A stretch of DNA of 64,000 bases from Bifidobacterium breve. GTDB taxonomy: Bacteria; Actinomycetota; Actinomycetes; Nanopelagicales; Nanopelagicaceae. The DNA is taken from the NCBI GenBank assembly GCA_945898065.1, contig CAMDHH010000001.1, forward strand, positions 9,427 through 73,426, given 5' to 3'. Under the pieces are notes generated by a model that saw only the letters and a list, made by a program, of their open reading frames with translations, was not told where the DNA came from and did no database searches. The translations under genes and the position numbers were made by a program. Shown in pieces: positions 50,782 through 61,611 of the stretch (its first letter is position 1; every line of letters begins with the position of its first letter).

Positions 50782-51281
50782 AAACCACACTCGCGATTCT
50801 CCTCGTCGTTCTCATCTTTCTTTGGTATTTGAGTTTTTCAGCGACTCGTCTGGACAGACTGCACCACCGCGTCGAAACAAGCTGGGCTAATCTCGATGGA
50901 TTGCTCCAACGACGCGCAGCAATTGCGCTAGAGATCGCGCATAGCGAAATTGCTGATCCTGCTTCTTCGCTTCTACTTACTGCTGCTTCATATCAAGCAC
51001 GTGAAGCGACCGTGGAATATCGATCTCAAGCCGAGAGTGGTTTATCAGGCGCACTTGGTCTCTTATTAGCAGATAGGCAAAGCAATGCCAGGGCTGCAGA
51101 GAAAGCACTTCTTTCTGAATTATCTGCCCTAACTGACAAAATCCGAGTGGCGATCGCTCTGCACGTTGATGCAGTAAATAGCACGCATAATCTTCGCAGC
51201 AGCAAAGTGATTCGTATATTTAGACTTGCAGGAACAGCGCCGCTACCAGTGACATATGAATTCGAAGAAGATGTCCTTTAG
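50778..51281 (+). CDS. Conserved membrane-anchored protein (LemA-like) downstream of pimA
   Basis: N-terminal TM, RLDRLHHRVETSWANLD, FRLAGTAPLP..YEF. Confidence 0.8.
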   Translation: MKTTLAILLVVLIFLWYLSFSATRLDRLHHRVETSWANLDGLLQRRAAIALEIAHSEIADPASSLLLTAASYQAREATVEYRSQAESGLSGALGLLLADRQSNARAAEKALLSELSALTDKIRVAIALHVDAVNSTHNLRSSKVIRIFRLAGTAPLPVTYEFEEDVL

Positions 51282-52308
51282 AAAAATCGTAATCACAGTA
51301 GTGTCGGTAGTAATTATCGGTGCAAGTCTTTTCTATGCTCTCAAACCTTACATAGTGACGCTTGCAGAAAAAGTGAAAGTAATCGAAGCCGTCCAAGTAA
51401 ATAGCATCACTGGCGCACCAGGAGTCGATGGCCCTGTCTTAGTTGTAAAAATCGATGATACTCCGCCGGCACATCCACAAATTGGTCTAGAAGATGCGGA
51501 TATTGTTTACATAGAACAAGTTGAGGGTGGCCTCACACGATTGGCAGCGGTATTTTCTTCAAAGATTCCAACTCGCATAGGTCCTGTTCGGAGTGCAAGA
51601 ATTAGTGATTTAGAACTTTTGTCACAATACGGTCGGGTGGTTTTCGCTTATAGTGGAGCGCAATCAAAATTACGTCCATTTATCTCAGCAGCGAATCTTC
51701 ATGATCTAGGTGCGCAGAGACAATCGTCAACAATTTATACAACAGATCCACTACGTAACTCCCCGACAGCAATGGTTCTACGGGCAGATTTACTGATGGA
51801 GAAAGTTACCAACGATGGTTACGAAATTGCAGAATCGAAGAATATGGGTTGGACATTTGGTGATGCACCAGATTCAGGTACTGCAATCTCTTCCGTTGTT
51901 ATGCATTGGCCTGCAAATTCTTACACGGCTACGTGGTCACAGATTGAGAAGCGTTGGTTACTGAGCAATAACAACGGTCCGAATCTCGCTGACTCGGGAA
52001 AAACACTTGGCCCATCTACCCTTGTGATTCAAAATGTTTTAATTACTCCATCAGAGTTCTATGACAAAGTTGGTGGAGTCACACCGTTCTCTGCAACTAT
52101 CGGATCAGGAACAGGCTTTGTTTTGCGCGATGGAAAGAGTTTTCAAGCGTTGTGGTCAAGGCCAACTGCGGAGGCGGGCACGCAATGGAGTACACCTGAT
52201 GGAGAAGAGATTAATTTCGCTCCAGGCCAAATCTGGATAGCACTGAGCGATAAAGCGCCTACTTTCACACTCAAATCCGAGGCGACACCTGCACCTTCTT
52301 CAAAGTAG
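51271..52308 (+). CDS. DUF3048 family membrane-anchored/secreted protein
   Basis: VKIDD..AHPQIGL..ADIVY..VEGGLTRL, GPVRSAR, PGQIWI. Confidence 0.88.
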   Translation: MSFRKIVITVVSVVIIGASLFYALKPYIVTLAEKVKVIEAVQVNSITGAPGVDGPVLVVKIDDTPPAHPQIGLEDADIVYIEQVEGGLTRLAAVFSSKIPTRIGPVRSARISDLELLSQYGRVVFAYSGAQSKLRPFISAANLHDLGAQRQSSTIYTTDPLRNSPTAMVLRADLLMEKVTNDGYEIAESKNMGWTFGDAPDSGTAISSVVMHWPANSYTATWSQIEKRWLLSNNNGPNLADSGKTLGPSTLVIQNVLITPSEFYDKVGGVTPFSATIGSGTGFVLRDGKSFQALWSRPTAEAGTQWSTPDGEEINFAPGQIWIALSDKAPTFTLKSEATPAPSSK

Positions 52309-52354
52309 GATTGCCCTCTAACTCTCACAAGAGTTCTAACAAGGAGTCAGTCAC

Positions 52355-53242
52355 ATGTCGCAGGTAACAGGTACAGGTCGAGTAAAGCGCGGAATGGCAG
52401 AGATGCTCAAGGGTGGCGTCATCATGGATGTCGTCAATGCAGAGCAAGCAAAAATTGCTGAAGATGCTGGCGCTGTTGCAGTCATGGCACTCGAGCGCGT
52501 ACCTGCAGATATTCGCGCAGAAGGTGGCGTTGCACGCATGTCTGATCCTGACATGATTGAAAAAATTCAAGCAGCTGTTTCTATTCCTGTCATGGCAAAG
52601 GCGCGCATCGGTCATTTCGTTGAGGCACGCATTTTGGAGAGCCTTGGTGTTGATTACATCGACGAGTCAGAAGTTCTTACACCTGCAGATTATGAAAACC
52701 ATATTGATAAGTGGGACTTCAAAGTTCCTTTTGTTTGTGGTGCAACAAATCTCGGAGAGGCCCTGCGTCGTATCAATGAGGGCGCTGCAATGATTCGCTC
52801 AAAGGGTGAAGCAGGAACAGGTGATGTCTCAAATGCTATGCAACACATGCGCAAAATTGGTGGAGAGATTCGTCGCCTTTCATCTATGCGCGAAGATGAA
52901 CTCTATGTTGCAGCTAAAGAGATGCAGGCTCCTTTTGAATTAGTAAAAGAGGTAGCAGCAAATGGAAAACTTCCAGTTGTTCTATTCACAGCCGGTGGAA
53001 TTGCAACTCCTGCAGATGCCGCGCTCATGATGAGCATGGGCGCTGATGGCGTATTTATTGGTTCAGGTATTTTCAAGTCAGGAAATCCTGCACAACGTGC
53101 GGCTGCATGCGTGAAGGCAACAACCTTCTTTGATGATGCCAAGGTGCTAGCGCAAGTTTCTCGCGGTCTAGGAGAAGCGATGGTTGGTATCAATGTTGCA
53201 GATCTTCCAGCCCCTCACCGCCTTGCTGAGCGCGGTTGGTAA
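52355..53242 (+). CDS. pdxS: Pyridoxal 5'-phosphate synthase lyase subunit
   Basis: [45 protein letters not shown]. Confidence 0.98.
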   Translation: MSQVTGTGRVKRGMAEMLKGGVIMDVVNAEQAKIAEDAGAVAVMALERVPADIRAEGGVARMSDPDMIEKIQAAVSIPVMAKARIGHFVEARILESLGVDYIDESEVLTPADYENHIDKWDFKVPFVCGATNLGEALRRINEGAAMIRSKGEAGTGDVSNAMQHMRKIGGEIRRLSSMREDELYVAAKEMQAPFELVKEVAANGKLPVVLFTAGGIATPADAALMMSMGADGVFIGSGIFKSGNPAQRAAACVKATTFFDDAKVLAQVSRGLGEAMVGINVADLPAPHRLAERGW

Positions 53243-53251
53243 TTATTTCTG

Positions 53252-53869
53252 ATGAAGGTAGGCGTACTCGCACTTCAAGGTGATGTCCGCGAACATATTA
53301 GTTCTCTGATTGCCTGTGGTGTTGATCCGATTTCAGTTCGTCGAATCGAGGAACTACGTAGCGTCGAAGCTTTAGTTATTCCTGGGGGAGAGTCGACAAC
53401 AATTGCGCAGTTAGCCGAGCACTATGAATTACTTCAACCAATTCGCACGCGTATTAGTGAGGGCATGCCTACATATGGATCTTGTGCAGGAATGATTCTC
53501 CTCGCAGATCGCGTTTTGGATGCAATAGATGGACAGAAAACTTTTGGTGGTTTAGATATAACAGTTCGTAGAAATGCTTTTGGTCGCCAAGTTGATTCCT
53601 TCGAAAGCGATATAGATTTCAATGATGGCGGCAAAGAGAAGGTGCATGCGGTATTTATACGCGCTCCTTGGGTAGAAGAAATCGGAAAAGATATATCAGT
53701 GCTGGCGACTGTGACTTCACCTGATGGTCAGTCCCATCCAGTGGCAGTACGCGGTGGCAATCTTTTGGCAACGTCATTTCATCCAGAACTAACAGGGGAT
53801 CATCGCATCCATCATTATTTCATCGAAGAAATTGCTCGTCCCGCCCTAGTTCGAGGTAGAGATAGATAG
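53252..53869 (+). CDS. pdxT: Pyridoxal 5'-phosphate synthase glutaminase subunit
   Basis: [38 protein letters not shown]. Confidence 0.97.
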   Translation: MKVGVLALQGDVREHISSLIACGVDPISVRRIEELRSVEALVIPGGESTTIAQLAEHYELLQPIRTRISEGMPTYGSCAGMILLADRVLDAIDGQKTFGGLDITVRRNAFGRQVDSFESDIDFNDGGKEKVHAVFIRAPWVEEIGKDISVLATVTSPDGQSHPVAVRGGNLLATSFHPELTGDHRIHHYFIEEIARPALVRGRDR

Positions 53870-53913
53870 TTTGCGATAAAGTGGGGCCAGTTCAAAACTA
53901 GTGAGGTGTTTAC

Positions 53914-54666
53914 ATGTCAGGCCATTCCAAATGGGCTACGACCAAGCATAAAAAAGCCATTACTGATGGTCGACGTGCGAAGTCTTTTGCAAAACTAATC
54001 AAGGGAATTGAAGTTGCCTCGCGCAACGGCGGTCCAGATGTCGATGGAAACCCAACACTCTTTGATGCAATTGCAAAAGCCAAAAAGGCATCAATGCCAG
54101 CAGACAATATTTCTAGAGCGGTAAAGCGCGGAGCCGGTCTTGAATCTGGCGGAGCAGATTGGCAAACAATTATGTATGAGGGCTATGGCCCCAACGGTGT
54201 TGCAATAATGATTGAATGTTTATCTGATAATAGAAATCGCGCAGCCTCTGAAGTACGCGTTGCCGTTACGCGCAATGGAGGAAATATGGCCGATCCTGGA
54301 TCGGTCTCATACCTTTTCAATCGTAAAGGCGTCATCATAGTTTCAAAAAATGGTGGCGTGACTGAAGACAAAGTACTTGAAGCCGTTCTTGAAGCAGGGG
54401 CTGAAGAAGTCAACGATATGGGCGAAGCGCTCGAAGTTGTCTGCGAGGCAAGTGACATAGTTGCTGTTCGCACCGCACTACAAGGCGCCGGTATTGATTA
54501 TGAATCTGCTGATTCTTCATTTCTGCCCTCCCTTTCAATTCCACTCGATGCCGACAGTGCGGCAAAAGTATTTGCACTCATTGATGCAATTGAAGAACTC
54601 GACGATGTACAAAATGTTTATAGCAATTTCGATGTCTCTGATGAGGTAATGGCGAGTTTGGGATGA
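53914..54666 (+). CDS. YebC/PmpR family protein
   Basis: [34 protein letters not shown]. Confidence 0.96.
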   Translation: MSGHSKWATTKHKKAITDGRRAKSFAKLIKGIEVASRNGGPDVDGNPTLFDAIAKAKKASMPADNISRAVKRGAGLESGGADWQTIMYEGYGPNGVAIMIECLSDNRNRAASEVRVAVTRNGGNMADPGSVSYLFNRKGVIIVSKNGGVTEDKVLEAVLEAGAEEVNDMGEALEVVCEASDIVAVRTALQGAGIDYESADSSFLPSLSIPLDADSAAKVFALIDAIEELDDVQNVYSNFDVSDEVMASLG

Positions 54667-55202
54667 AGGTTTTGGGAGTTGACCCAGGGCTCACTCGTTG
54701 CGGTATTGGAATTGTCGAGGGATCTACTGGCACACAACTCTCACTCGTTGGCGTTGGAGTGATAAAGACACCAACAGATATTCCCCTAGAGATGCGACTC
54801 CTAGACCTAGATAGACAATTGGGTGAATGGATTAATTTATATTCACCAGATGTAATTGCAGTTGAACGGGTTTTCTCGCAACACAATGTGAGCACTGTTA
54901 TGGGAACTGGGCAAGCAGCAGGTGTCGCACTACTTTTGGCAGCAAAGGCTGGTATCCCCGTAGCGATGCACACACCAAGTGAGGTCAAAGCAGCAGTCAC
55001 TGGTTCTGGTCGTGCAAATAAGAAGCAAGTTGCCGACATGGTTGTACATATTTTGAAATTAGAGAGCGCTCCTAAGCCAGTCGATAGCACTGATGCTCTA
55101 GCCCTTGCTATTTGCAATATTTGGCGTGGGAGTGCGGATACAAAAATTGCAAATGCCGTTGAAGCGGAAAAATCACGCTTACGGAAGTTGCGTGCACGAT
55201 GA
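54663..55202 (+). CDS. ruvC: Holliday junction resolvase
   Basis: [37 protein letters not shown]. Confidence 0.96.
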   Translation: MKVLGVDPGLTRCGIGIVEGSTGTQLSLVGVGVIKTPTDIPLEMRLLDLDRQLGEWINLYSPDVIAVERVFSQHNVSTVMGTGQAAGVALLLAAKAGIPVAMHTPSEVKAAVTGSGRANKKQVADMVVHILKLESAPKPVDSTDALALAICNIWRGSADTKIANAVEAEKSRLRKLRAR

Positions 55203-55801
55203 TCTCGTTACTCAATGGAACTGTTCGCTCACTTCTCAGTGATAGAGCGATTATCGAAGTACAAGGCGTCGGTTATGCAGTCTTAGTAACTAGTGCAACA
55301 AGTGCCTCCCTGACTTTGGGAGCGCCGGCGATTTTGCATACTTCTCTTGTTGTTCGCGAGGATTCATTGACACTTTTTGGTTTTCTAGATGAAGAGAGTA
55401 AGAACACCTTTGAACTGTTGCAGACTGTTTCAGGAGTAGGTCCAAAGGTTGCACTATCAATATTGGGATCTCTTTCAATTGAAGATCTAGCTCGCGCTAT
55501 TGCGCAAGAAAATGTTGGGGTAATAGAGAAAGTCCCAGGCATTGGTAAAAAGGGCGCTCAGCGCATGATTCTCGAACTCAAAGGCAAGATGACTCGTGTG
55601 GGTGCACATGCCAATCATCTAAGCCATCAGCCTGCATGGCGCGAGCAACTCACTAGCGCACTTGTTTCACTCGGTTTTACTCCTAAAGATTCCGATAATG
55701 CAATCAGTGCCTTAGTTTCGCGTTTACAGAATGAAGGTATTGATCCAGCCGATGTCGCACTGGGCGATTTACTCAAGAAGGCGCTTGCAAATGGAAAATA
55801 G
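55199..55801 (+). CDS. ruvA: Holliday junction branch migration protein
   Basis: [29 protein letters not shown]. Confidence 0.96.
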   Translation: MISLLNGTVRSLLSDRAIIEVQGVGYAVLVTSATSASLTLGAPAILHTSLVVREDSLTLFGFLDEESKNTFELLQTVSGVGPKVALSILGSLSIEDLARAIAQENVGVIEKVPGIGKKGAQRMILELKGKMTRVGAHANHLSHQPAWREQLTSALVSLGFTPKDSDNAISALVSRLQNEGIDPADVALGDLLKKALANGK

Positions 55802-56837
55802 CGAAGAGCGTTTAGTCGCTGCGCAGTCATTGGGAGAAGAATCTGTTTTGGAGAATGCTCTGCGTCCTAAGAATCTCAAGGAATTTATAGGCCAAGAGCG
55901 TGTGCGAGAACAAATTGATGTCCTTCTATCTGCTGCACGCCAACGAGGTGCATGCGCTGATCACATTTTATTATCTGGTCCTCCAGGTTTAGGTAAGACA
56001 ACGCTTGCCCTCATCCTTGCAAGTGAGATGGATACACCCATACGAATAACGAGTGGCCCTGCTATTACACATGCTGGAGATTTGGCAGCAATTCTTTCTT
56101 CATTAGTTGAAGGCGAGATTCTTTTTCTCGATGAAATTCATCGCTTGCCAAGGCCAGCAGAGGAACTCTTATATCTAGCTATGGAAGATTTTCGAGTCGA
56201 CGTCGTGGTAGGCAAAGGCCCCGGTGCAACAGCGATTCCTTTACAGCTTCCACATTTCACATTGGTTGGAGCGACAACTCGCGCTGGATTATTGCCAAGT
56301 CCACTGCGCGATCGTTTCGGTTTCACGGCGCATCTTGATTTCTATCAAGAGAGTGAATTAGAGAGAGTATTAGTGCGAAGCGCAAAGTTGTTGGGTGTCA
56401 CTATCGATACCAAAGCGGTGAGTGAGATTGCGCGACGTTCACGAGGTACACCTCGTATCGCAAATAGATTATTGCGTCGAGTTCGAGATTACGCACAAGT
56501 TCAAGGAAGTTCATCAATTACTCTTGCAGATGCACGTGCCGCTCTCGAGATTTATGAAGTAGATGAAATCGGATTAGATCGACTCGATCGCGCAGTTCTT
56601 ATTGCACTCATTGAGCGATTTAATGGGGGACCGGTTGGTCTTTCAACTTTGGCTATTGCCGTGGGCGAAGAGGTTGAGACGGTCGAATCTGTCGCTGAAC
56701 CATTCCTGGTTCGCAATGGATTTATGGCCAGAACTCCACGAGGACGTATTGCAACAGCATTGGGCTGGAGCCATATAGGACGAACACCACCCGCTGGAAT
56801 CGCGACTCTTTTCGACACACCTGCACCTGATGCCTAG
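55791..56837 (+). CDS. ruvB: Holliday junction DNA helicase
   Basis: [31 protein letters not shown]; start at ATG 55791. Confidence 0.97.
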   Translation: MENSEERLVAAQSLGEESVLENALRPKNLKEFIGQERVREQIDVLLSAARQRGACADHILLSGPPGLGKTTLALILASEMDTPIRITSGPAITHAGDLAAILSSLVEGEILFLDEIHRLPRPAEELLYLAMEDFRVDVVVGKGPGATAIPLQLPHFTLVGATTRAGLLPSPLRDRFGFTAHLDFYQESELERVLVRSAKLLGVTIDTKAVSEIARRSRGTPRIANRLLRRVRDYAQVQGSSSITLADARAALEIYEVDEIGLDRLDRAVLIALIERFNGGPVGLSTLAIAVGEEVETVESVAEPFLVRNGFMARTPRGRIATALGWSHIGRTPPAGIATLFDTPAPDA

Positions 56838-56848
56838 ACTCTGCTCCT

Positions 56849-58369
56849 ATGTCTACAACTACTAAACCTGTAAAGACGACTGCCCGCCCAGGACGTACTC
56901 TGGCAATTCTGGCCCTCGTCCTCTTCGCTCTGCTCGGTGCGGTCTTTATTCAAGGCGCAACTCAAGTCCGCTTAGGTCTAGACCTTCGAGGCGGAACGAG
57001 TGTGACTCTTCAACCACGTATCGCACCAGGTGAAGATGGAAAAGTTACTAACGAAGCTATTGATCAAGCAGTTTCAATCATTCGCCAGCGTGTGAACTCA
57101 CTCGGTGTTGCAGAGAGTGAAGTAACCGCGCAAGGTAGCGGCACAAATCGTCAAATTGTTATCTCTGTTCCTGGCGATACTGGACGACGCGTTGTTGAGT
57201 TGGTTGGACAGACTGCAGAACTTCGCTTTAGACAAGTACTTGCAGAAACTTCTGGAGTTCCAAATCTTTCAGATACAGCCACTGCCGCAACCCCCGTCGC
57301 TGGTATCGCTCCAGATGTAAATGCGCGTTTTGCACAATTGGATTGTTCGATCGATGCAAATCGACAAGGAACAGGTAGTGATGCTGCAGATCAAGCCATT
57401 GTTGCTTGTAGTCGAGAAGGCGGGAGCAAGTATATTTTGGCACCTGCTGAAGTTTTAGGACGCCAAGTTTCTAAAGCAAGTGCCGGTCTTGATACACAAG
57501 GTGGAAGCATTTGGTATGTATCACTTACTTTCAATGATGAAGGAACAAAAGCATTTGGAGCGCTTACAACTCGCGTTACATCACTTACAACTCCTCTAAA
57601 TCAAGTTGCAATTGTCCTCGATGGATTAGTTGTTTCTGCGCCACGTATCAACGAACCGATTCCTTCAGGTAATGCCCAAATCACTGGAAGCTTCACTCAA
57701 ACAGAGGCTGCAGATCTTGCAAATGTTTTGAAATATGGAGCACTACCACTTGCATTTGATCGTGGCGAAGTGCAGCAGATTTCGCCAACACTGGGATCCG
57801 ATCAGTTGCAAGCAGGCTTACTTGCCGGTGCACTTGGATTGATTTTGGTTCTTATCTATTCAATTCTTTATTACCGTGGACTCGGTCTTATCACTGTTGG
57901 TTCATTAGCGATTGCAGCTGGTCTGGTCTATCTACTTATTCTCCTTCTTGGTAAGTGGATTGGATTCACTCTTACATTGGCAGGTATAGCCGGACTCATT
58001 GTCGCAATCGGTATTACCGCTGACTCTTTCATTGTCTACTTTGAACGTATTCGAGATGAGGTACGCGAAGGTAGATCACTTCGTTCAGCGGTGGAGACTG
58101 GCTGGACGCGAGCCCGTCGCACAATCATTGTTGCCGACTTTGTATCTATCATCGCTGCAGTACTGCTCTACTTCTTTGCAGTCGGTGGAGTTCGAGGCTT
58201 CGCCTTCACACTAGGTCTTACAACACTGGTTGACTTAGTAGTTGTCTTTGCCTTCACGAAACCAGTTACTAGCATCATCTCAAAACTTAATTTCTACAGT
58301 TCAGGTCATCCACTCTCAGGTTTCTCGGCTAAGAGCCTCGGAACAATTTCAGCACCAAAGGAGGCATAA
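56849..58369 (+). CDS. secD: Protein translocase subunit SecD
   Basis: LGLDLRGG, RVNSLGVAE, AIVLDG, YGALP, ADSFIVYFERIRDE. Confidence 0.97.
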   Translation: MSTTTKPVKTTARPGRTLAILALVLFALLGAVFIQGATQVRLGLDLRGGTSVTLQPRIAPGEDGKVTNEAIDQAVSIIRQRVNSLGVAESEVTAQGSGTNRQIVISVPGDTGRRVVELVGQTAELRFRQVLAETSGVPNLSDTATAATPVAGIAPDVNARFAQLDCSIDANRQGTGSDAADQAIVACSREGGSKYILAPAEVLGRQVSKASAGLDTQGGSIWYVSLTFNDEGTKAFGALTTRVTSLTTPLNQVAIVLDGLVVSAPRINEPIPSGNAQITGSFTQTEAADLANVLKYGALPLAFDRGEVQQISPTLGSDQLQAGLLAGALGLILVLIYSILYYRGLGLITVGSLAIAAGLVYLLILLLGKWIGFTLTLAGIAGLIVAIGITADSFIVYFERIRDEVREGRSLRSAVETGWTRARRTIIVADFVSIIAAVLLYFFAVGGVRGFAFTLGLTTLVDLVVVFAFTKPVTSIISKLNFYSSGHPLSGFSAKSLGTISAPKEA

Positions 58370-58371
58370 CA

Positions 58372-59418
58372 ATGTCATCACTATCAGGCATTGGTGGACG
58401 TTTGTATCGTGGTGAAACATCCATAGATTTCATCGGAAAACGCCGTCGTTGGTATGCAATCTCTGCCCTCCTCATACTTGCATCGATAGGTGCACTTGCG
58501 ATTCAGGGCTTGCACCTTGGAATTGAATTCAAGGGTGGCTCTTCCTATATCGTCACAAAGCAGGGTGTAACAGTTGAAGATGCTCGCGCCGCTGTTGAGT
58601 CAACTGGAATTACAAGCGAGACAATTATTCAAAAGATTGGTACAGAGAAAGTTCGCGTACAAACTGGAGCTCTCTCTACTGTTGAATCAAATCAAATTCA
58701 GGATGCTCTCGCGAGCAAACTTGGAGTTTCAATAGCCTCTATCGATACTCAAATAGTTGGCCCTTCGTGGGGTAAAGAGATTACTCGTAAAGCACTCTAC
58801 GGACTCATTGGCTTTGTGATTGTCGTGATGCTCTATCTCGCAATGGCATTTGAACCCAAAATGGCGATTGCAGCAATAATTGCTGTAGTTCACGATGTAT
58901 TTATTACTGTTGGAATTTACGCACTTGTGGGATTCGATGTAACGCCTGCAACGGTGATCGGCTTCCTTACGATCCTTGGATATTCGCTCTATGACACAGT
59001 TGTTGTATTCGATAAAGTTCGAGAGAACACTCGAACAATTACTTCAACCTCGAAGAGCACATATTCACAAGCCGCAAATCTTGCCGTCAATCAGACCCTT
59101 GTTCGTTCATTCAATACTTCATTAATTGCATTGCTCCCAGTCGGTTCTATCCTCTTCGTGGGCGCAGGCTTACTTGGTGCTGGAACTTTGAAGGATCTAT
59201 CACTTGCACTCTTTATTGGTCTAGCAACTGGTACATATTCCTCGATCTTTATAGCAACGCCTATCTTGGCGGTTCTGCGTGAGCGCGAACCTGCGATGCA
59301 GGCACTTGCAAAGCGAGTCAATGCTCGCGGGGGAGCAGCGCCGAGTTCTGAAGGTTCAACAGTTGTTGCAGAGCGACGTGGCCCACGTAATCAACCTAAG
59401 CGAAAAGGTCGCAAGTAG
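58372..59418 (+). CDS. secF: Protein translocase subunit SecF
   Basis: GIEFKGG, VGPSWG, GYSLYDTVVVFDKVREN, GTYSSIFIA. Confidence 0.97.
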   Translation: MSSLSGIGGRLYRGETSIDFIGKRRRWYAISALLILASIGALAIQGLHLGIEFKGGSSYIVTKQGVTVEDARAAVESTGITSETIIQKIGTEKVRVQTGALSTVESNQIQDALASKLGVSIASIDTQIVGPSWGKEITRKALYGLIGFVIVVMLYLAMAFEPKMAIAAIIAVVHDVFITVGIYALVGFDVTPATVIGFLTILGYSLYDTVVVFDKVRENTRTITSTSKSTYSQAANLAVNQTLVRSFNTSLIALLPVGSILFVGAGLLGAGTLKDLSLALFIGLATGTYSSIFIATPILAVLREREPAMQALAKRVNARGGAAPSSEGSTVVAERRGPRNQPKRKGRK

Positions 59419-59431
59419 GGACGTGATCTAA

Positions 59432-61594
59432 ATGGATACTTTGATTGCACCGATTCTTAGTGCACTCAAAGAAAACCATGCAAACACTCCGCTAGACAAT
59501 GTGGAGCGTGCCTTTCTAATTGCCCAGCAAGCGCATGAAGGGCAGTTACGTAAATCAGGTGATCAATACATTACGCATCCAGTTGCAGTGGCTGAAATTC
59601 TCGCTGAACTTGGTCTCAATCCGCCAACAATTATTGCCGCGCTTCTTCATGACACCGTGGAAGATACGCCGTATTCATTAGAGCAGTTACGAAGTGATTT
59701 CGGTGACGAAATAGCGTCTCTAGTAGATGGTGTCACTAAGTTAGACAAACTCACATATGGACCAACTGCGGAGGCAGAAACAGTTCGCAAGATGGTTGTT
59801 GCAATGTCGCGAGATATTCGTGTTCTCGTTATCAAACTTGCAGATCGCCTACATAATGCGCGTACGTGGAAATATGTATCACCCGAAAGTGCCACTCGTA
59901 AAGCGCGAGAGACGCTCGATATTTACGCACCACTTGCGCACCGACTAGGTATGAACGCTATCAAGTGGGAATTGGAGGATCTTTCCTTCGAAGTTTTGGA
60001 ACCTAAGAAATTTGAAGAGATTGCTCGCCTTGTTGCTGAGCGCTCACCTGCTCGTCAAGCGCTAAGTGAGGATGTAATCACCGCTGTTCGAGAAGATCTA
60101 CTTCGTGATGGCATTGAAGCAACAGTTACCGGTCGACAAAAACATTTCTTTAGCGTGTATCAAAAGATGGTTGTTCGAGGACGTGATTTCAATGATATTT
60201 ATGATCTTGTAGGTATTCGCGTTCTCGTTGAAGATGTGCGAGATTGTTATGGAGTACTTGGTTCCATCCATGCGCGCTGGAGCCCAGTTCCTGGACGTTT
60301 TAAAGACTATATAGCGATGCCAAAATTTAACTTATATCAATCACTTCACACAACAGTAATAGGTCCAAGAGGTAAGGCAATTGAGATACAGATTCGCACC
60401 TACGATATGCACTCACGCGCAGAGTTTGGAATTGCAGCTCATTGGAAATATAAGCAGGGAAATGAAAGTAATTCATCTTCACCAGAAATGCTCTGGCTTC
60501 GCCAATTGCACGAATGGCAGAAGGAGACAGAGGATCCCTCAGAATTTCTTGAAGCACTGCGCTTTGATTTAGGTTCACCCGAAGTATTCGTTTTCACACC
60601 AAAGGGAAGCGTTATCGCTCTACCTGGTGGTTCAACGCCTGTTGATTTTGCATATTCGGTTCACACAGATGTCGGCGATCGATGCGCTGGAGCAAAGGTC
60701 AATGGACGCCTCGTGCCTCTGGAATCAAAGCTGGCTAATGGTGATGTTGTTGAAATCGTTACAAATAAGAGTGATTCTGCGAGTCCAAGTCGCGACTGGC
60801 TCAACTTTGTAAAGAGTCCAAGGGCAAGATCAAAGATCAAAGCGTGGTTTAGCAAAGAGCGCAGAGAAGAAGCAATTGATGCAGGACGCGAATCTATTGC
60901 TCGCCAAATGCGCAAAGCAGGACTTCCATTGCAGAAGATTTTTGCTGGACATTCATTATTGGAGTTGGCACACGAACTTCGCTACACAGATATTGAAGCG
61001 CTTTATTCAGCAGTCGGCGACGGCCATGTCTCTGCCGCATCCATTATCGAAAAACTAGTTGCATCAATGTCGGTAGAGGATTCTCACCCCGAACCAACAA
61101 TGGATGTTCTCCCAACTCATATAACTTCATCGCGGCGTTCAAGTAATGCTGTAGAGGTAATAGGCGTAGGTGATGTTTTAGTAAAACTTGCCCGATGCTG
61201 CACACCTGTTCCCGGTGATTCGATTATGGGTTTTATTACTAAAGGAAGTGGTGTCTCGATACATCGTGCGGACTGCATCAATGCAGATGATCTTCGTTCC
61301 ACTCAGAATGAGCGTGTTGTAGAAGTTCGTTGGCGCGCAGGTGCGGCGAGTGTATTCCTAGTCAATATTCAAGTTGAGGCCCTTGATCGCCCATCACTTC
61401 TTGCAGATGTAACTAGAACTCTTTCAGATCAGCATGTAAATATTTTGAGTGCATCGGTAACCACATCGAAGGATAGAACTGCATTCTCACGATTTACATT
61501 TGAAATGGCTGATGCGAAGCATCTCGATGCAGTATTAGCGGCAGTGCGCACCATCGAAGGTGTCTATGACGTTTACCGAACAACTAACAACTAA
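59432..61594 (+). CDS. rel: Bifunctional (p)ppGpp synthetase/hydrolase Rel
   Basis: Intact HD motif (LLHDTVED), YQSLHT, EIQIRT, AAHWKYK, TGS, CC and ACT domains. Confidence 0.96.
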   Translation: MDTLIAPILSALKENHANTPLDNVERAFLIAQQAHEGQLRKSGDQYITHPVAVAEILAELGLNPPTIIAALLHDTVEDTPYSLEQLRSDFGDEIASLVDGVTKLDKLTYGPTAEAETVRKMVVAMSRDIRVLVIKLADRLHNARTWKYVSPESATRKARETLDIYAPLAHRLGMNAIKWELEDLSFEVLEPKKFEEIARLVAERSPARQALSEDVITAVREDLLRDGIEATVTGRQKHFFSVYQKMVVRGRDFNDIYDLVGIRVLVEDVRDCYGVLGSIHARWSPVPGRFKDYIAMPKFNLYQSLHTTVIGPRGKAIEIQIRTYDMHSRAEFGIAAHWKYKQGNESNSSSPEMLWLRQLHEWQKETEDPSEFLEALRFDLGSPEVFVFTPKGSVIALPGGSTPVDFAYSVHTDVGDRCAGAKVNGRLVPLESKLANGDVVEIVTNKSDSASPSRDWLNFVKSPRARSKIKAWFSKERREEAIDAGRESIARQMRKAGLPLQKIFAGHSLLELAHELRYTDIEALYSAVGDGHVSAASIIEKLVASMSVEDSHPEPTMDVLPTHITSSRRSSNAVEVIGVGDVLVKLARCCTPVPGDSIMGFITKGSGVSIHRADCINADDLRSTQNERVVEVRWRAGAASVFLVNIQVEALDRPSLLADVTRTLSDQHVNILSASVTTSKDRTAFSRFTFEMADAKHLDAVLAAVRTIEGVYDVYRTTNN

Positions 61595-61608
61595 CTACTA
61601 ACTACTAA
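61577..61608. repeat. 7-bp tandem repeat spanning the rel stop codon
   Basis: cgaacaa ctaacaa ctaacta ctaacta ctaa. Confidence 0.6.
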
Positions 61609-61611
61609 GAA

